DNA from: Hormiphora californensis
Taxonomy: Eukaryota; Animalia; Ctenophora
Assembly (NCBI GenBank): GCA_020137815.1
Contig: CM035354.1
Span: forward strand, 3,038,001-3,102,000
Length of the DNA stretch: 64,000 nucleotides
Reading direction: 5' to 3'
The first letter of the stretch is position 1, and the number at the start of each line of letters is the position of its first letter. The position numbers and the translations under genes were made by a program. Positions 27,465-38,863 of the stretch are shown here, piece after piece. Under the pieces are notes generated by a model that was not told the origin of the DNA, ran no database searches, and worked only from the letters and a program-made list of their open reading frames with translations.

Positions 27465-30400
27465 TATAATGAAGTCAAATCGGTATGTAAGTAACTCTCT
27501 GAGAATTCTATCCTGGAATATAGCCTCGATAACCTCAAACGGCACAACCAAGCTTGCAGATAAAGACACAGAAAGGCTTCTTAGCTCACATGACATAGTT
27601 TGCCTACAGGAGGTCTGGAAGCAGGTACCGGTTACTAACTTCAGAGGCTACTTTAGCCTCAGGCACAACACTAACTCCGGAGGAGTCGCTATACTAATTA
27701 AAAACAACTTATCACCGGGTCTATCCATCATCAAAACCAGCAACCCGGACATCCTGGTAGCCCAGCTCGATCATACCTTCTTCAACGTGAAACGAGATAT
27801 CTACATCATCAACGTCTACGCCCGGCCTGAGAACTCATCCGGTGACTCCATCAGTACTGGGGTCAACACCATTCAGGACTGCTACGATACTATATGTAAG
27901 CTTCCAGCTAATGTTGAAATCCTTCTTTGCGGTGATTTCAACGCCAGAATTGGAGCGGCACTCTGCCAAGTGACGGAGTTCGAAAACACTCATGTGCCTG
28001 TTTCACCCCAGTATGAAGCTGACACAATTCTACCCCGGACCTCACAAGATAGCGATACAAACAAGCAAGGAAAGTACTTCACGGATTTAATCACCGATAA
28101 CCAATTAGTCATCCTGAACGGCCGAACTTTGGGTGACCTAACAGGAGCCTTTACTAGTATTCAGAGACAGGGCTGCTCCGTAGTTGACTATGTTGCTACG
28201 TCGCGTGAGCTCTTCCAATCCGTTGAGCACATGAAAGTAGGCAGCCTCCTCCCCACCTCGGACCATCGTCCTCTTACTACCCTTTTAAGATGTTCGTTTC
28301 AAGCCAACTCTATAGGAAGCATGGAACGCTCTTACAATAAGGCCCCCAGTAGGTTTATTATTACAACCACGGGAAAATCTCTTTTCCGAAATCTTCAGAA
28401 AGAGTCTGATACTGCACTCACAGATATCACCAACAAACTAGCGGACCCCTCTGATCCTGTTCTAGCATACACGGAGATGGTAAACCACCTCCGCAGACTC
28501 TGCAACACTTCATTCAAGGTATCAAACCCAGGATCTAAAAAAGCCCACTCTACTCAACCGTGGCACAATCGGAACATCAAGGAGGCGAGGAAACTACTAG
28601 GAAAAGCAACTTCTCTTACGGACTCATTCCCAGATAAAAGCAAGCTTAAGGAACTTTACTACCGCATCAAAGGCAGGTACAAAAAACTCATCAGAAATTC
28701 AAAGACTCGATACACATCGAAACTCAACAAAGACATCGAGGTTGGAAAAATTCTTAACTGGCAAGGGTTTCACAAGGTAAAGAAACTTAAGACCCACAGT
28801 GAGCAGTTTAATACAGTAGATATGGAGAACTTTGAATCCTTCTTCACAAATCTATACTCCGATACCCATGCATCTTTAACAGTTGAGGAGAAAAACACTA
28901 TGCTCCAAGAAGCCGATGAAATCAACCAACACAACTCCAGAAACCAAGATGAAGCTGCCCTTGCTCTTAACACTGATATCTCCATACAAGAAATATCAGG
29001 TTGCATTCGTAGCCTCAAGTGTGGAAAAGCTGCTGGAGATGACATGTTCTCCAATGACATTCTGAAGATCCTTGATGAACGACACGTCGACATACTTACC
29101 GAAATACTCAACAACTGTTTCAGGACTGGAACTTATCCCTGGACGAATAGCATCATCACACCCTTACACAAAAAAGGTCCACGTGGAGACCCCGACAATT
29201 ATAGAGCTGTGTCGGTAGGTAGTGCTATAGGAAAGATATTCAGCACGGTCATGCTAGACAGGTTAGTCCAGTTCAGAGAAGTAAAGTGTCCTGATCCCAT
29301 CAACCAACTAGGTTTCAAAAAGGGAGCACAAACGTGTGATCACGTCGTTTCCCTCATGACCCTTGTTCAAAAATATCGCAAGAGCAAGACCCCTCTCTTT
29401 GCCACTTTCGTCGACTACAAAAAAGCGTTCGACAGTGTTCCACGTCAGGCGCTTTTCCTAAAACTATCGAAACTCGGTATATGTGGAAACTTCTTCAATG
29501 TTCTCCGGAATATGTACTCCAACTCAACAGCCCAAATAAAACTGTCGGGTCACCTTAGTCATAGATTCAGGATACTTAAAGGGACTGAGCAGGGCCACCC
29601 GCTCAGTCCTGAACTATTTAAACTCTTTCTCTTGGAGCTCTCTGACACCTTAAACACCAAAGACCACAAAAACCCACCCCACCTGGGAAAGATTCCAGTA
29701 ACCCACCTATTATGGGCGGATGACCTGATCCTACTCTCTTTGAACATTCAAGACGCCCAAGAACAAGTCAATAAACTCCACAATTACTGCCATAAGTGGG
29801 GACTCGAAGTCAATAGCCTCAAAACTAAACTCATGACCTTCAACAACCGTCACAATCTGCAATTCTCTCTGAAGCTAGGTCATGAAGCTATTCATCAAGT
29901 GGAAAACTACTGCTACCTTGGACTGAATATTTCATCGACTGGAGACTTCAGTAAAGCCGCCTCAAGTGACCTCACCACAAAGGCAACCCGGGCCATGTAC
30001 GGCTTGCGTGGCACCATTATGAAGGAGCAGCTTTCCTTCAAATCAACACTTAGCCTTTTCAACGCCCTCATCAAACCGATTGCACTTTACGGAGCGCCGA
30101 TCTGGTCACCCCAGCTGCCGGAGGCCAAGACTACCATCAAGAATATTGGCTCCAATGACCCTACTTTAATTAGGAAACTCTCAAGCAGCAAACTTAACAG
30201 ATTGCATCTCTCTTATCTCAAGTGGACAATGGGAGTCAACAGGAAGACTACAAACGCCGCAGTTTATGGAGACACCGGCACACGACCCCTATCTCTAGAG
30301 GCTTTGGATATCACCATTAAATACCTCCAACGGATAGCCAAGCTACCATCCAGTGGAACCAGCCTCGTACATCAAGCCTATCTTGAACAAAGGACACGAG

Positions 30401-31126
30401 ACCTGCCGTGGTACAAATCCCTACGACCTCTCCTAGAGAGAGACCCAATTTACAACCAGGATCATGTATCGGCCTACAAAACACTCACTTCAAAAACTAA
30501 CCTCACGCCAAACCCCACTTATTTACCCCCCACTCTCGACGTCAAACCTCTAATTTCCCAGAAGTTTCGGACAAATATAATCCTTTCATGCCTGAGGGAC
30601 ACCTTCAACGGGAGTTGGGTAGCAGCGACAACCAACTCCTCAAAACTCTCGTTTTACAATACCTGCGAAAAGTTGGACCAACCTACCTTGAGATCGTACC
30701 TGGGACTGAACAACTTCAACTACCGATCTTCTATCGCTAAACTGAAAAGCAGCTCCCACCCTCTCAAAATAGAAACCGGCCGGTTCACCAACATCCCCAG
30801 AGACAATCGCTACTGCCCCTGGTGCGAGAGCTTGAACATCTATGAAGTAGAGACTGAGGAACATGCTCTGGACCACTGCAGCCTCTACGAAGACAGCCGA
30901 GACAACTTGAGGAAAGACCCGGAAATTTTCCTTTTATCACATCACTCACTCACGAACATCTTCCTCAATCTTCATAACTACACCCCGCGGATCGCAGGCC
31001 TGGTGGCGTGTTTTACTCACGCCATCATTTCAACTCGCGAAAAATTTACTAAAGGACATTAACCGGCTTAGCTGCCTCACACCACTTAGAACAAACTCCA
31101 CTACACTCCGGCCTAGTAATCTGAAT
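27465..31126 (+). mobile_element. Non-LTR retrotransposon, RTEX-like, single intact ORF
   Basis: 8-bp TSD aattattt (27457-27464, 31127-31134) and a short 3' UTR ending taatctgaat. Confidence 0.85.
27469..31062 (+). CDS. AP endonuclease + reverse transcriptase + C-terminal zinc motif
   Basis: Endonuclease: ILSWNI, VCLQE, GDFNAR, VVDY, SDH. RT: FVDYKKAFDSV, GTEQGHPLSP, LLWADD. The C-terminal HPLKIETGR..CPWC..ETEEH..HC is typical of RTEX. First ATG is at 27469. Confidence 0.95.
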   Translation: MKSNRYVSNSLRILSWNIASITSNGTTKLADKDTERLLSSHDIVCLQEVWKQVPVTNFRGYFSLRHNTNSGGVAILIKNNLSPGLSIIKTSNPDILVAQLDHTFFNVKRDIYIINVYARPENSSGDSISTGVNTIQDCYDTICKLPANVEILLCGDFNARIGAALCQVTEFENTHVPVSPQYEADTILPRTSQDSDTNKQGKYFTDLITDNQLVILNGRTLGDLTGAFTSIQRQGCSVVDYVATSRELFQSVEHMKVGSLLPTSDHRPLTTLLRCSFQANSIGSMERSYNKAPSRFIITTTGKSLFRNLQKESDTALTDITNKLADPSDPVLAYTEMVNHLRRLCNTSFKVSNPGSKKAHSTQPWHNRNIKEARKLLGKATSLTDSFPDKSKLKELYYRIKGRYKKLIRNSKTRYTSKLNKDIEVGKILNWQGFHKVKKLKTHSEQFNTVDMENFESFFTNLYSDTHASLTVEEKNTMLQEADEINQHNSRNQDEAALALNTDISIQEISGCIRSLKCGKAAGDDMFSNDILKILDERHVDILTEILNNCFRTGTYPWTNSIITPLHKKGPRGDPDNYRAVSVGSAIGKIFSTVMLDRLVQFREVKCPDPINQLGFKKGAQTCDHVVSLMTLVQKYRKSKTPLFATFVDYKKAFDSVPRQALFLKLSKLGICGNFFNVLRNMYSNSTAQIKLSGHLSHRFRILKGTEQGHPLSPELFKLFLLELSDTLNTKDHKNPPHLGKIPVTHLLWADDLILLSLNIQDAQEQVNKLHNYCHKWGLEVNSLKTKLMTFNNRHNLQFSLKLGHEAIHQVENYCYLGLNISSTGDFSKAASSDLTTKATRAMYGLRGTIMKEQLSFKSTLSLFNALIKPIALYGAPIWSPQLPEAKTTIKNIGSNDPTLIRKLSSSKLNRLHLSYLKWTMGVNRKTTNAAVYGDTGTRPLSLEALDITIKYLQRIAKLPSSGTSLVHQAYLEQRTRDLPWYKSLRPLLERDPIYNQDHVSAYKTLTSKTNLTPNPTYLPPTLDVKPLISQKFRTNIILSCLRDTFNGSWVAATTNSSKLSFYNTCEKLDQPTLRSYLGLNNFNYRSSIAKLKSSSHPLKIETGRFTNIPRDNRYCPWCESLNIYEVETEEHALDHCSLYEDSRDNLRKDPEIFLLSHHSLTNIFLNLHNYTPRIAGLVACFTHAIISTREKFTKGH

Positions 31127-31842
31127 AATTATTTATTACTGTGTATATCCCCAGAATCTGGAGCACCAACCTGACACCCTCTGTCCTTGGATGTCGACAG
31201 GTTGATGCTCCAACATTCTTACGCACCGGGAAACCCGTGCAGAATTATTTTAAAACCGTGTCAAAACCGTGTCACCTCGCGCGTTACAGCATGGCGCCGC
31301 TACTAGCGCTCGAATGGATTTAACTTCTTAATCAATCTGATCGAAATTAAAAGCTCAGCTCGTTAGTATGGTGACTGACGGAACGTGAGAAGTTCCCATG
31401 CATAGCTTAGTGTCACATAACATTGTAATTAGGCGTTGGCGACGACGATCAGATCACATTGCATGGTATCATCTAGTGTGGGCGGCGCTTAAGAGATCTC
31501 ATCGCAGATCGCTTATCAGTGAATGTGATCGGTTTGAGTATTCGTTGGCAGGGAAACACAGCATTATGAAACATAATGCAATAATAATTCTTGTTGGCTC
31601 TCGAATGACCTAAAATTTTAAATAACCAAACCCTTTAGCTGTGGAACGCTTTTTTGGGCTCCTTGGCACAAACTGCTGGTAAATGGAACTTGAAAGCGAG
31701 AGTCCAGAGGGGTGGGATGTGTGAAAAATCAGGAGAAAAACAGAAACGCGGTCACCAAAAATTTTTTTTTTTTCTTCTTCAAAAGTTTCGAGTGTGGCGC
31801 GCCGCCGCGTAAAGACACAATAATATTCGCGCGTTACATTAA

Positions 31843-34091
31843 CCCTTTGACGGCGACAGAGCATATATGCTACAGTCTATTCTAGGCGGCCTGGAAGTCC
31901 TTATGTTTTATCTAGGTGGCCCATATTTTGTCACAAGCTAGTTTTAGGGATTATCAACCTAAAACCACGTCCAGATCAGCTCAGAAAATCAAGAAAAAAA
32001 TTTTATAGCCCTTCTAAGGAGGCTAATTTCGGCCTTTTTTTAAAAACATTTCTCATTTTTTTGTTTTTTGGGGGCACAACTAATCCTTTGAAGGAATAAA
32101 AGTGCTCGACATAACCGACCGAATGCAAAAAGCCGCATCAAAAAATATTGAAAATTGAATGAGTTATTAACATTTAAGGCGCCGTATCATATATGATACT
32201 ATCGCCCGTAAGGGAATTCTAGTAACAAATCTAAATTGTACAAGTTTGTGGGTGCTATGGCATAAATTTATGCTTTCATATGGTATGTAGCTACAAGTTC
32301 TACAATCGTGAACGGTTTTTACCAGGAAAAGAACCCAAATTAGAGATTTGTATCATATATGATACTATCGTCCTAAGGGTAAATTCTCATAAAACATACA
32401 TAATTCGTGCTAGAAAAGGAGCTAAGAGACAAATGGGAGCACTACAATGTGTAGAATCATCGCATTAGTGGGGGTAGAGCACATATTTAGGTCGCTATCT
32501 GGATCCCTAATTGAGATAATTGGATAATTAGCTAATTATCTGTCCTGCGCGTGCTAATTCTTCATGAAACTTTGCTCTGGGAAGGAGTTATGAGACAAAT
32601 GGGGGCACTAAAATGTGTAGAATCATCAAATTAGTGGGGGTAGAGCACATATTTAGGTCGCTATCTGGATCCATAATTGAGATAATTGGATAATTAGCTA
32701 ATTAGTTGCCCTGGAGCGCTAATAAATGAGACTAGGCGGAGTATACAAGACAAGTGAGGGCACTAAAATGTGTAAAATCATCGCCTTAGCGGGGGTAGAG
32801 CACATAGCTGAGTTTCTATTCCCACTTCTAATTGAGATAATTGGATAATTAGCTAATTGACGGTTGCACACCGTCCACTTTTCACCAAATCCCCTGGATT
32901 CTAGGTAATCCTGAGCTCAATCTAAGGATCTTCTGACAACCCCTAACCCCATTTGTATCACCTTTGACTCGTTTTACACAAGAGTATAACACTCGATACA
33001 ACCCTAGACACTGCCTTCAGCTCTTTAGAACCCTCTTGCTCCATCCTAGACCTCTCGTACATCCAAGATCCAACTACAATCCTATAGAATTTTTATATCC
33101 TATTGCTCCTACAACACGTTCAACCTCTAATGTACTACAGTTTCCCATATATTTATTGTTTGGACACACGGTTATAGGGGTTTAGGGATATTAGGGGATG
33201 TCAGAAGATCCTTAGATTGAGCAAAAGAGCTCAGGATTACCTAGAAACCACGGGATTTGGTGAAAAGTGGACGGTGTGCAACCGTCAATTAGCTAATTAC
33301 CCAATTATCTCAATTAGGAGTGGGAATAGAAACTCAGCTATGTGCTCTACCCCCGCTAAGGCGATGATTTTACGCATTTTAGTGCCCTCACTTGTCTTGT
33401 ATACTCCGCCTAGTCTCATTTATTAGCGCTCCAGGGCAACTAATTAGCTAATTATCCAATTATCTCAATTATGGATCCAGATAGCGACCTAAATATGTGC
33501 TCTACCCCCACTAATTTGATGATTCTACACATTTTAGTGCCCCCATTTGTCTCATAACTCCTTCCCAGAGCAAAGTTTCATGAAGAATTAGCACGCGCAG
33601 GACAGATAATTAGCTAATTATCCAATTATCTCAGTTAGGGATCCAGATAGCGACCTAAATATGTGCTTTACCCCCACTAATGCGATGATTCTACACATTG
33701 TAGTGCTCCCATTTGTCTCTTAGCTCCTTTTCTAGCACGAATTATGTATGTTTTATGAGAATTTACCCTTAGGACGATAGTATCATATATGATACAAATC
33801 TCTAATTTGGGTTCTTTTCCTGGTAAAAACCGTTCACGATTGTAGAACTTGTAGCTACATACCATATGAAAGCATAAATTTATGCCATAGCACCCACAAA
33901 CTTGTACAATTTAGATTTGTTACTAGAATTCCCTTACGGACGATAGTATCATATATGCTACAGTGGGCCCAGCAAAAACTACATGTCGGAATTACAAATT
34001 TCCTTTTCGAGGCGTTTTGTGTTGATAATATCTACTTATAAACGAAAAATTAGACAATTCTATCGAGCCAATCCTTCTCGCCGTCAAAGGG
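31843..34091. mobile_element. Non-autonomous piggyBac-type element with long internal palindrome
   Basis: TTAA TSDs (31839-31842, 34092-34095) and a perfect 14-bp TIR ccctttgacggcga/tcgccgtcaaaggg. There is no transposase ORF. Confidence 0.88.
32188..33957. repeat. ~760-bp inverted repeat pair, each arm containing three ~160-bp subrepeats
   Basis: Arms are at ~32188-32945 and ~33194-33957, with identical 62-aa ORFs on opposite strands (32280+ and 33865-) and a ~250-bp spacer. Confidence 0.92.
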
Positions 34092-34147
34092 TTAAAAAAG
34101 ACAAAATACTAACGCATTCTGAAAACAGAAGGTCGGTGCGGGCGCGA

Positions 34148-34443
34148 TAGGGATCCCTAAAAAAGTTCAGTATTTACACAGAGTTTACACAGTCTTTACT
34201 CAGTCGTTACACCCAGAGCGCCCGCGCCGCTCTGGGTGTAACGACTGCGTCTTTCGCACTCGATTTGCAGCGTTTTCGGAAACTTTTTTCGCCGCAGCGC
34301 TCAATTTTTTCAATTGTGCAGCGCACAATCCAATATTTTCTTGGAAAAAGCCACTGTGCGCAGCACGCGCCGCTCTGGGTGTAACGACTGAGTAAAGACT
34401 GTGTAAACTCTGTGTAAATACTGAACTTTTTTAGGGGTCCCTA
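34148..34443. mobile_element. MITE with ~70-bp TIRs
   Basis: tagggatccctaaaaaagttcagtatttacacagagtttacacagtctttactcagtcgttacacccagagcg is mirrored at ~34371-34443 with one mismatch. Both ends have TA. Confidence 0.85.
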
Positions 34444-35356
34444 TTATAATCGGGCGCCGTTACGATCTGGGTGTTTGGTTGAAAAGCGCTGCCTTATCCC
34501 GGGGGCCAGCAACGTTTGCCAAGGTGTTTGGAGGCCTGTTTACAGGTGCGCGCTGCCAAAAAAGTTGAATCACTAAAATGGCTCTAACCGCCAAACCACT
34601 CAACCGTTTTGGCTGATTCAAAGTTTATCTGGTAGGGAATGTCAAGGCCTAACCCCAACCCAAACCCCAACCCTAACCCTAACCCTACTTTAGCCCTAAC
34701 CCTAAAAAACCGTTTGTCAGCACTCCCAAAACACCCAGATTTTAACGCTGGCCATTATAATCTGGGTGCCTTGCAGCCTGTTTACAGGTGCGCGCTACCA
34801 AAAGAGTATACTTAGACCTACTTTTTTCAAACGGCTATAGCCATGGAACCACATGGCCGATTTGAGTAAACTAAACGGTATCAGTTAGAGAATCGATAGC
34901 CCTAACCGATAACCCCAAACCAAACCCTAACCAGACCCTAACGGATAGCCCTAACCCGTCGCGCGCGCCAAAACTACGAATTGTTAGCAATGAAAGGCAC
35001 CCAGATTTTAACGTTTTCCGGTCGGTGCTGCTTGAATTTTGTGTCTTTTTACTTTTTGAGGTTGTGTTTTTTCTCGCTTTTCTCTTCCACACTCCGCAGT
35101 CCACACTCTGCAGGCGTCAGGCCTGATAACGTGGGCTTTCTTATTGAATTAGTGATGCTAAAACGGGCGAAAGATGGCCCCTTTGAAACTAAACTGCTTG
35201 ACCTCCAATTTCCAAATCATTCGATTATGTTAGGTCAGCCTTCGGAGTTCGGAGTTCGGGATCTGAACACAGTACACCGTAACTTGTAACTTGTATTCAT
35301 TTGAATTTTAAAGAGTTGCATATTGAAGATATTGTAATTTCAATTTCAGCCAGCAC

Positions 35357-38300
35357 ATGGAAAGTAGTGATTCCTGTCCACTTATAAACGACTACAAACA
35401 GAAGTTCCTCATCTCAAGACTTGTTCAGACAATCTTTGGTGGAGTGAGGCTCTCAAATGTGCCCAAAACAATCGTCTTCAGCCAACTGCTGCTGTTTATA
35501 ACTCCTCTCCTTCTCTTAGTTATAATTAACATTTCAGTAGACGAGGATTCACAGTTTTATGCAACCATCCCAGTATGTTTACTTGTCTTACTTCTGCTCA
35601 TTTTCGTGAACTTTGCGAGAGACTTTGTTGGACGCCGCAAGCAGAAGGAAGTTCACAAGAATGTAAAAAGGACAGTTAAATCAATGTTGGAAGAGGAGGA
35701 CAGTATTGAAATTAATGGATTCTTCTCCCACGAACACTTTACCTTTCTAGTTCCTCAAAAATCCCACATATTTAAGATCCTAGACCCAGTTCTTTATGGG
35801 GGAATCCTCTTCCTAGGAGCGATATGTCTCCACAAATCACACATGCCGGAGGGGACAAGCTCTTCGGACTACTACGCTGTGTTTATTCTCTCCAGTATAT
35901 CCCTCTGTACAGGCCTCTTTGGACTTGTATCAAACCCTGCCCCTGAGGTGGCGATCTTCAACTCAAACTCTCCCATCAGCCACCTATACCGACCATTCTA
36001 CCTCGCCCTACTGACGGGTATTGCTGTAGGTCTACCTGCACTTCCAACCTATATCCTCCTCAGCTGTTTGTTTATCATCTTTCCACTGGGGATCCTTCCA
36101 TCACCAGAATGCCTGTTTCACTGGGTTCTTGAGGTGTTGTTATCGTGGCCTGGATTCGGCTCTTCCCCTCACCCATCAGCTCTTATCTGCTGCCTCAGGG
36201 CGGTGCTAGCATACGCTGCACTGAGTGTAGTTTACAGCCAGGAGAATTTTTCTGTTATTGCTGTTCTACTCATCTCATTCTTCTTCATGGCTCTACCTGT
36301 CCCAATGTCAGTTAACGATGCTGTGGTTCTGTTGAAGAGCTGGAAATTATGGGTGCACCTACCGGTGTTAGTGATAGCTTGTGGTCTAACATTTGTTCCA
36401 ACTGAGAACATATCTAATGACGGATTGGGGTATGCGATCATTGTGCTGGCGTGCCTCATGTTCCTTCTCAGTCTCCTCTCACCCAAGTTTATTTTACGGT
36501 TGTTCTACAACACCCTGATAGAAAACCTCCCACCAAAACGGTTGAGATATCCATATCCCATACTGTGCTGGATCTCTAGACCAATACTATTCTTCTACGT
36601 GCTCCTCAGTGAGTCACTCGACAAGGATATACCGGCAATGTGTCTACCGTTTGTCTTCACCCGAATCTGGCTGGACCCCAGGACTAGTTGTCACGCTGGG
36701 TTGATAGCAGTTATCGTGGGAATGACAGTGGGAGATGAGAGTTACTCCGAGTTTACCTCCATCCCTTTCCTGATGGCGGTGAGTGGGTTTGGCCTGGCTG
36801 TTCTTGGGGAGTTTTGTGACAAGATAGAGTTTTACCTCCGACTTCACGGTGACTTCTTGTTCCTCAAGAAACAACGGAGATCAAGCTGGATTATTATCAC
36901 TCTGGTTAATATACTCTGTTTCCCGCTCACTATCTCCTTCCTCCTTCTCTCCTCCCTCATTCGATGTGAGATCCTCCCCATATTCACCCTCCCAATCCTC
37001 CTGCCCAGCTTCCCCCGACCACACAACTTCTGGCCGTGGCACCGTTCAGGTCACACCTCCTCCTCACCTGATGGGGCGTACTACAGGAACTTTGGACCCA
37101 AACTGGCAGCTGCACTGACACCCCTTCTTGAGGGACGGGGTTACTCCACCAAACCCCTTTTGTGCCGTGTTGAGAACTTGATGGTACTGGTTCAGCCCCT
37201 TACCAATGGTCTCGCCGCCTCAGGGATCGTTCTGAGGGGCCTTGAGCTGAAGGAAACCAGCTGTCACACGGAAGAGGCGAATGTGGTGAAGGAAGTATTC
37301 GAGGGAGCCCGATCAGCCACCGAGAAGAAGGGAAGTTCCATGAACTCAAAACCATTTCACATTCTCCAGCCGGTGGCACAGATAAACGTTGAAACATACT
37401 CTGATGCACGGAATGTACTAACCGGTGTCCTTGATTCCCCCGCTTGTTTGACAAAGATTGGCGATTATTTTGGCAAAGTTTTGTCATACACACTCATTGA
37501 AGAAGGAATGACAGGTAAAATCGAGTATGAGGAGAGCACAACTCTAAAAACGGGTGGTGGAGGAGGAGGAGGTTTTGATTTCTCTGCTATCTCCCGAACA
37601 TCTCCCGCAGTTGTCGCCCCTCCTCCCCGAGTGTCATCAACCCAAGGACCATCCAGTACTGCCAATGTTGGCGACCTCATCGATGATTTCTCCTTTGCCA
37701 GTTCAGAAGAGAGCTGGGACGGCACCGTTACGATCGTTGGTAATCCTGTTGCAGTTAGTGCGGCGGTTGCTCCATCTGACCACTCCTCGGAAAAGAGTCA
37801 GGTCTATATTCAGCCATCGGGTGATAACGTGCCCGTCTACAAGATACCCCTCAGTGCGGGTGAGGTTGAGAAACTCTCTAAAAATGGGTTTTCTGAGGAG
37901 TTTTACAGCCGATGTGGGGGCAGTAAGGAGATAAAGGAATGGGTTCGAGGTATTACTGTTTGTGCCCGGGGAGCGGTCAACCACACCTCCGCTCACCAGG
38001 CTCTCAAATCTTTCCAGGGTGACTTGGAGTGGAGCAAGTGTAGTGAGTGGGTAAAGGAACATCCTGAGATCAGGAGGGTGATTGTGACGTCATTCAGACA
38101 CGCTGTGAAACTTGCAGTCGATGAAGTGGTATACGGAGAGGCGGAGAACACTGAGGAAGTGATGGAGAATATGAGGGAACTGAGACGGGACTGGTTTATT
38201 GGTCGTGAGGAGGATAAGGGGTGGTCTGAGAGTGTATTAGCGGGGAAGAAGTATCTGTTCTCTCTGTATCTAAACGATGAAAGTGTGTACAGTAGTAGGA

Positions 38301-38533
38301 CCCTGACCCTCCAGCTCCTCCCTGTTGATGTGGGTGAACTCAACAGAACGGCAGTGAGGGCACTATGGACTTCTCTTTCGTTTGAGTTGTACTACCTAAC
38401 AAATGATGATGAAGAGCGCTACAGTATCCAGGCTCATCCGAATATACTCCGGAATTTGTTGGTTCAAAGTGCGGATGTGCCATTGGGCTATCCGATTTAT
38501 CAGAGCCCTGTTATAATGGTGCCCCATCTGTAA
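35357..38533 (+). CDS. PCNX4: Pecanex-like protein 4, single coding exon
   Basis: N-terminal PLINDYKQKFL..QTIFGG, multiple transmembrane helices, FPRP..FWP, LRGLELKETSCHTEEA, and C-terminal ELYYLTNDDEERYSIQAHPNILRNL..GYPIY. Confidence 0.92.
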   Translation: MESSDSCPLINDYKQKFLISRLVQTIFGGVRLSNVPKTIVFSQLLLFITPLLLLVIINISVDEDSQFYATIPVCLLVLLLLIFVNFARDFVGRRKQKEVHKNVKRTVKSMLEEEDSIEINGFFSHEHFTFLVPQKSHIFKILDPVLYGGILFLGAICLHKSHMPEGTSSSDYYAVFILSSISLCTGLFGLVSNPAPEVAIFNSNSPISHLYRPFYLALLTGIAVGLPALPTYILLSCLFIIFPLGILPSPECLFHWVLEVLLSWPGFGSSPHPSALICCLRAVLAYAALSVVYSQENFSVIAVLLISFFFMALPVPMSVNDAVVLLKSWKLWVHLPVLVIACGLTFVPTENISNDGLGYAIIVLACLMFLLSLLSPKFILRLFYNTLIENLPPKRLRYPYPILCWISRPILFFYVLLSESLDKDIPAMCLPFVFTRIWLDPRTSCHAGLIAVIVGMTVGDESYSEFTSIPFLMAVSGFGLAVLGEFCDKIEFYLRLHGDFLFLKKQRRSSWIIITLVNILCFPLTISFLLLSSLIRCEILPIFTLPILLPSFPRPHNFWPWHRSGHTSSSPDGAYYRNFGPKLAAALTPLLEGRGYSTKPLLCRVENLMVLVQPLTNGLAASGIVLRGLELKETSCHTEEANVVKEVFEGARSATEKKGSSMNSKPFHILQPVAQINVETYSDARNVLTGVLDSPACLTKIGDYFGKVLSYTLIEEGMTGKIEYEESTTLKTGGGGGGGFDFSAISRTSPAVVAPPPRVSSTQGPSSTANVGDLIDDFSFASSEESWDGTVTIVGNPVAVSAAVAPSDHSSEKSQVYIQPSGDNVPVYKIPLSAGEVEKLSKNGFSEEFYSRCGGSKEIKEWVRGITVCARGAVNHTSAHQALKSFQGDLEWSKCSEWVKEHPEIRRVIVTSFRHAVKLAVDEVVYGEAENTEEVMENMRELRRDWFIGREEDKGWSESVLAGKKYLFSLYLNDESVYSSRTLTLQLLPVDVGELNRTAVRALWTSLSFELYYLTNDDEERYSIQAHPNILRNLLVQSADVPLGYPIYQSPVIMVPHL

Positions 38534-38863
38534 AAAGATGTTTGAGTGTGTGTGTTAATTTATGAGTGTAAAAAGTGTAAATATGTTCCAGAGTTTGTCA
38601 GATTGTTTATTTGTCCAAGTTTTAAACCTTTTGTAGAGCTCTATATTAGTTTTGTGAAATCGCAAATCGTTTCAATGCATTCCAACCTGTTCCCAATGCT
38701 TATACCGACCCGATCCCGGACCCCTAAATCCAAAATAAACCCTTTTCAACTGACAAATGCCCTTCTAACTTTTTTCATCTCCAAATCTCTCTGTAGCAAC
38801 GTCTCAGAGCAGCTGATAGCGCTACAAAGCTGCTACACAGCAGTTCGATAGCTGCTGCAAACC

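Larger units (their letters stand above)
27233..35181 (+). mobile_element. Helentron-associated / DINE-1-like non-autonomous element carrying three nested insertions
   Basis: 5' hairpin tttttagcacg-ca-cgtgctaaaaa (27233-27256), a GTCY microsatellite (~27304-27323), internal direct repeats (34443-35013), a 3' subterminal tgctaaaa (35156-35163), then a gggc...gccc stem and TTT. This matches the described DINE-1/HINE layout. Confidence 0.65.

Noticed and set aside
32280-33865. Two identical 62-aa ORFs on opposite strands as genes
   Set aside because: They are a by-product of the inverted repeat and have no recognisable domain.
34660-34960. CCCTAA repeats as a telomere or chromosome fusion scar
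   Set aside because: Only a few degenerate units embedded inside a repeat element.
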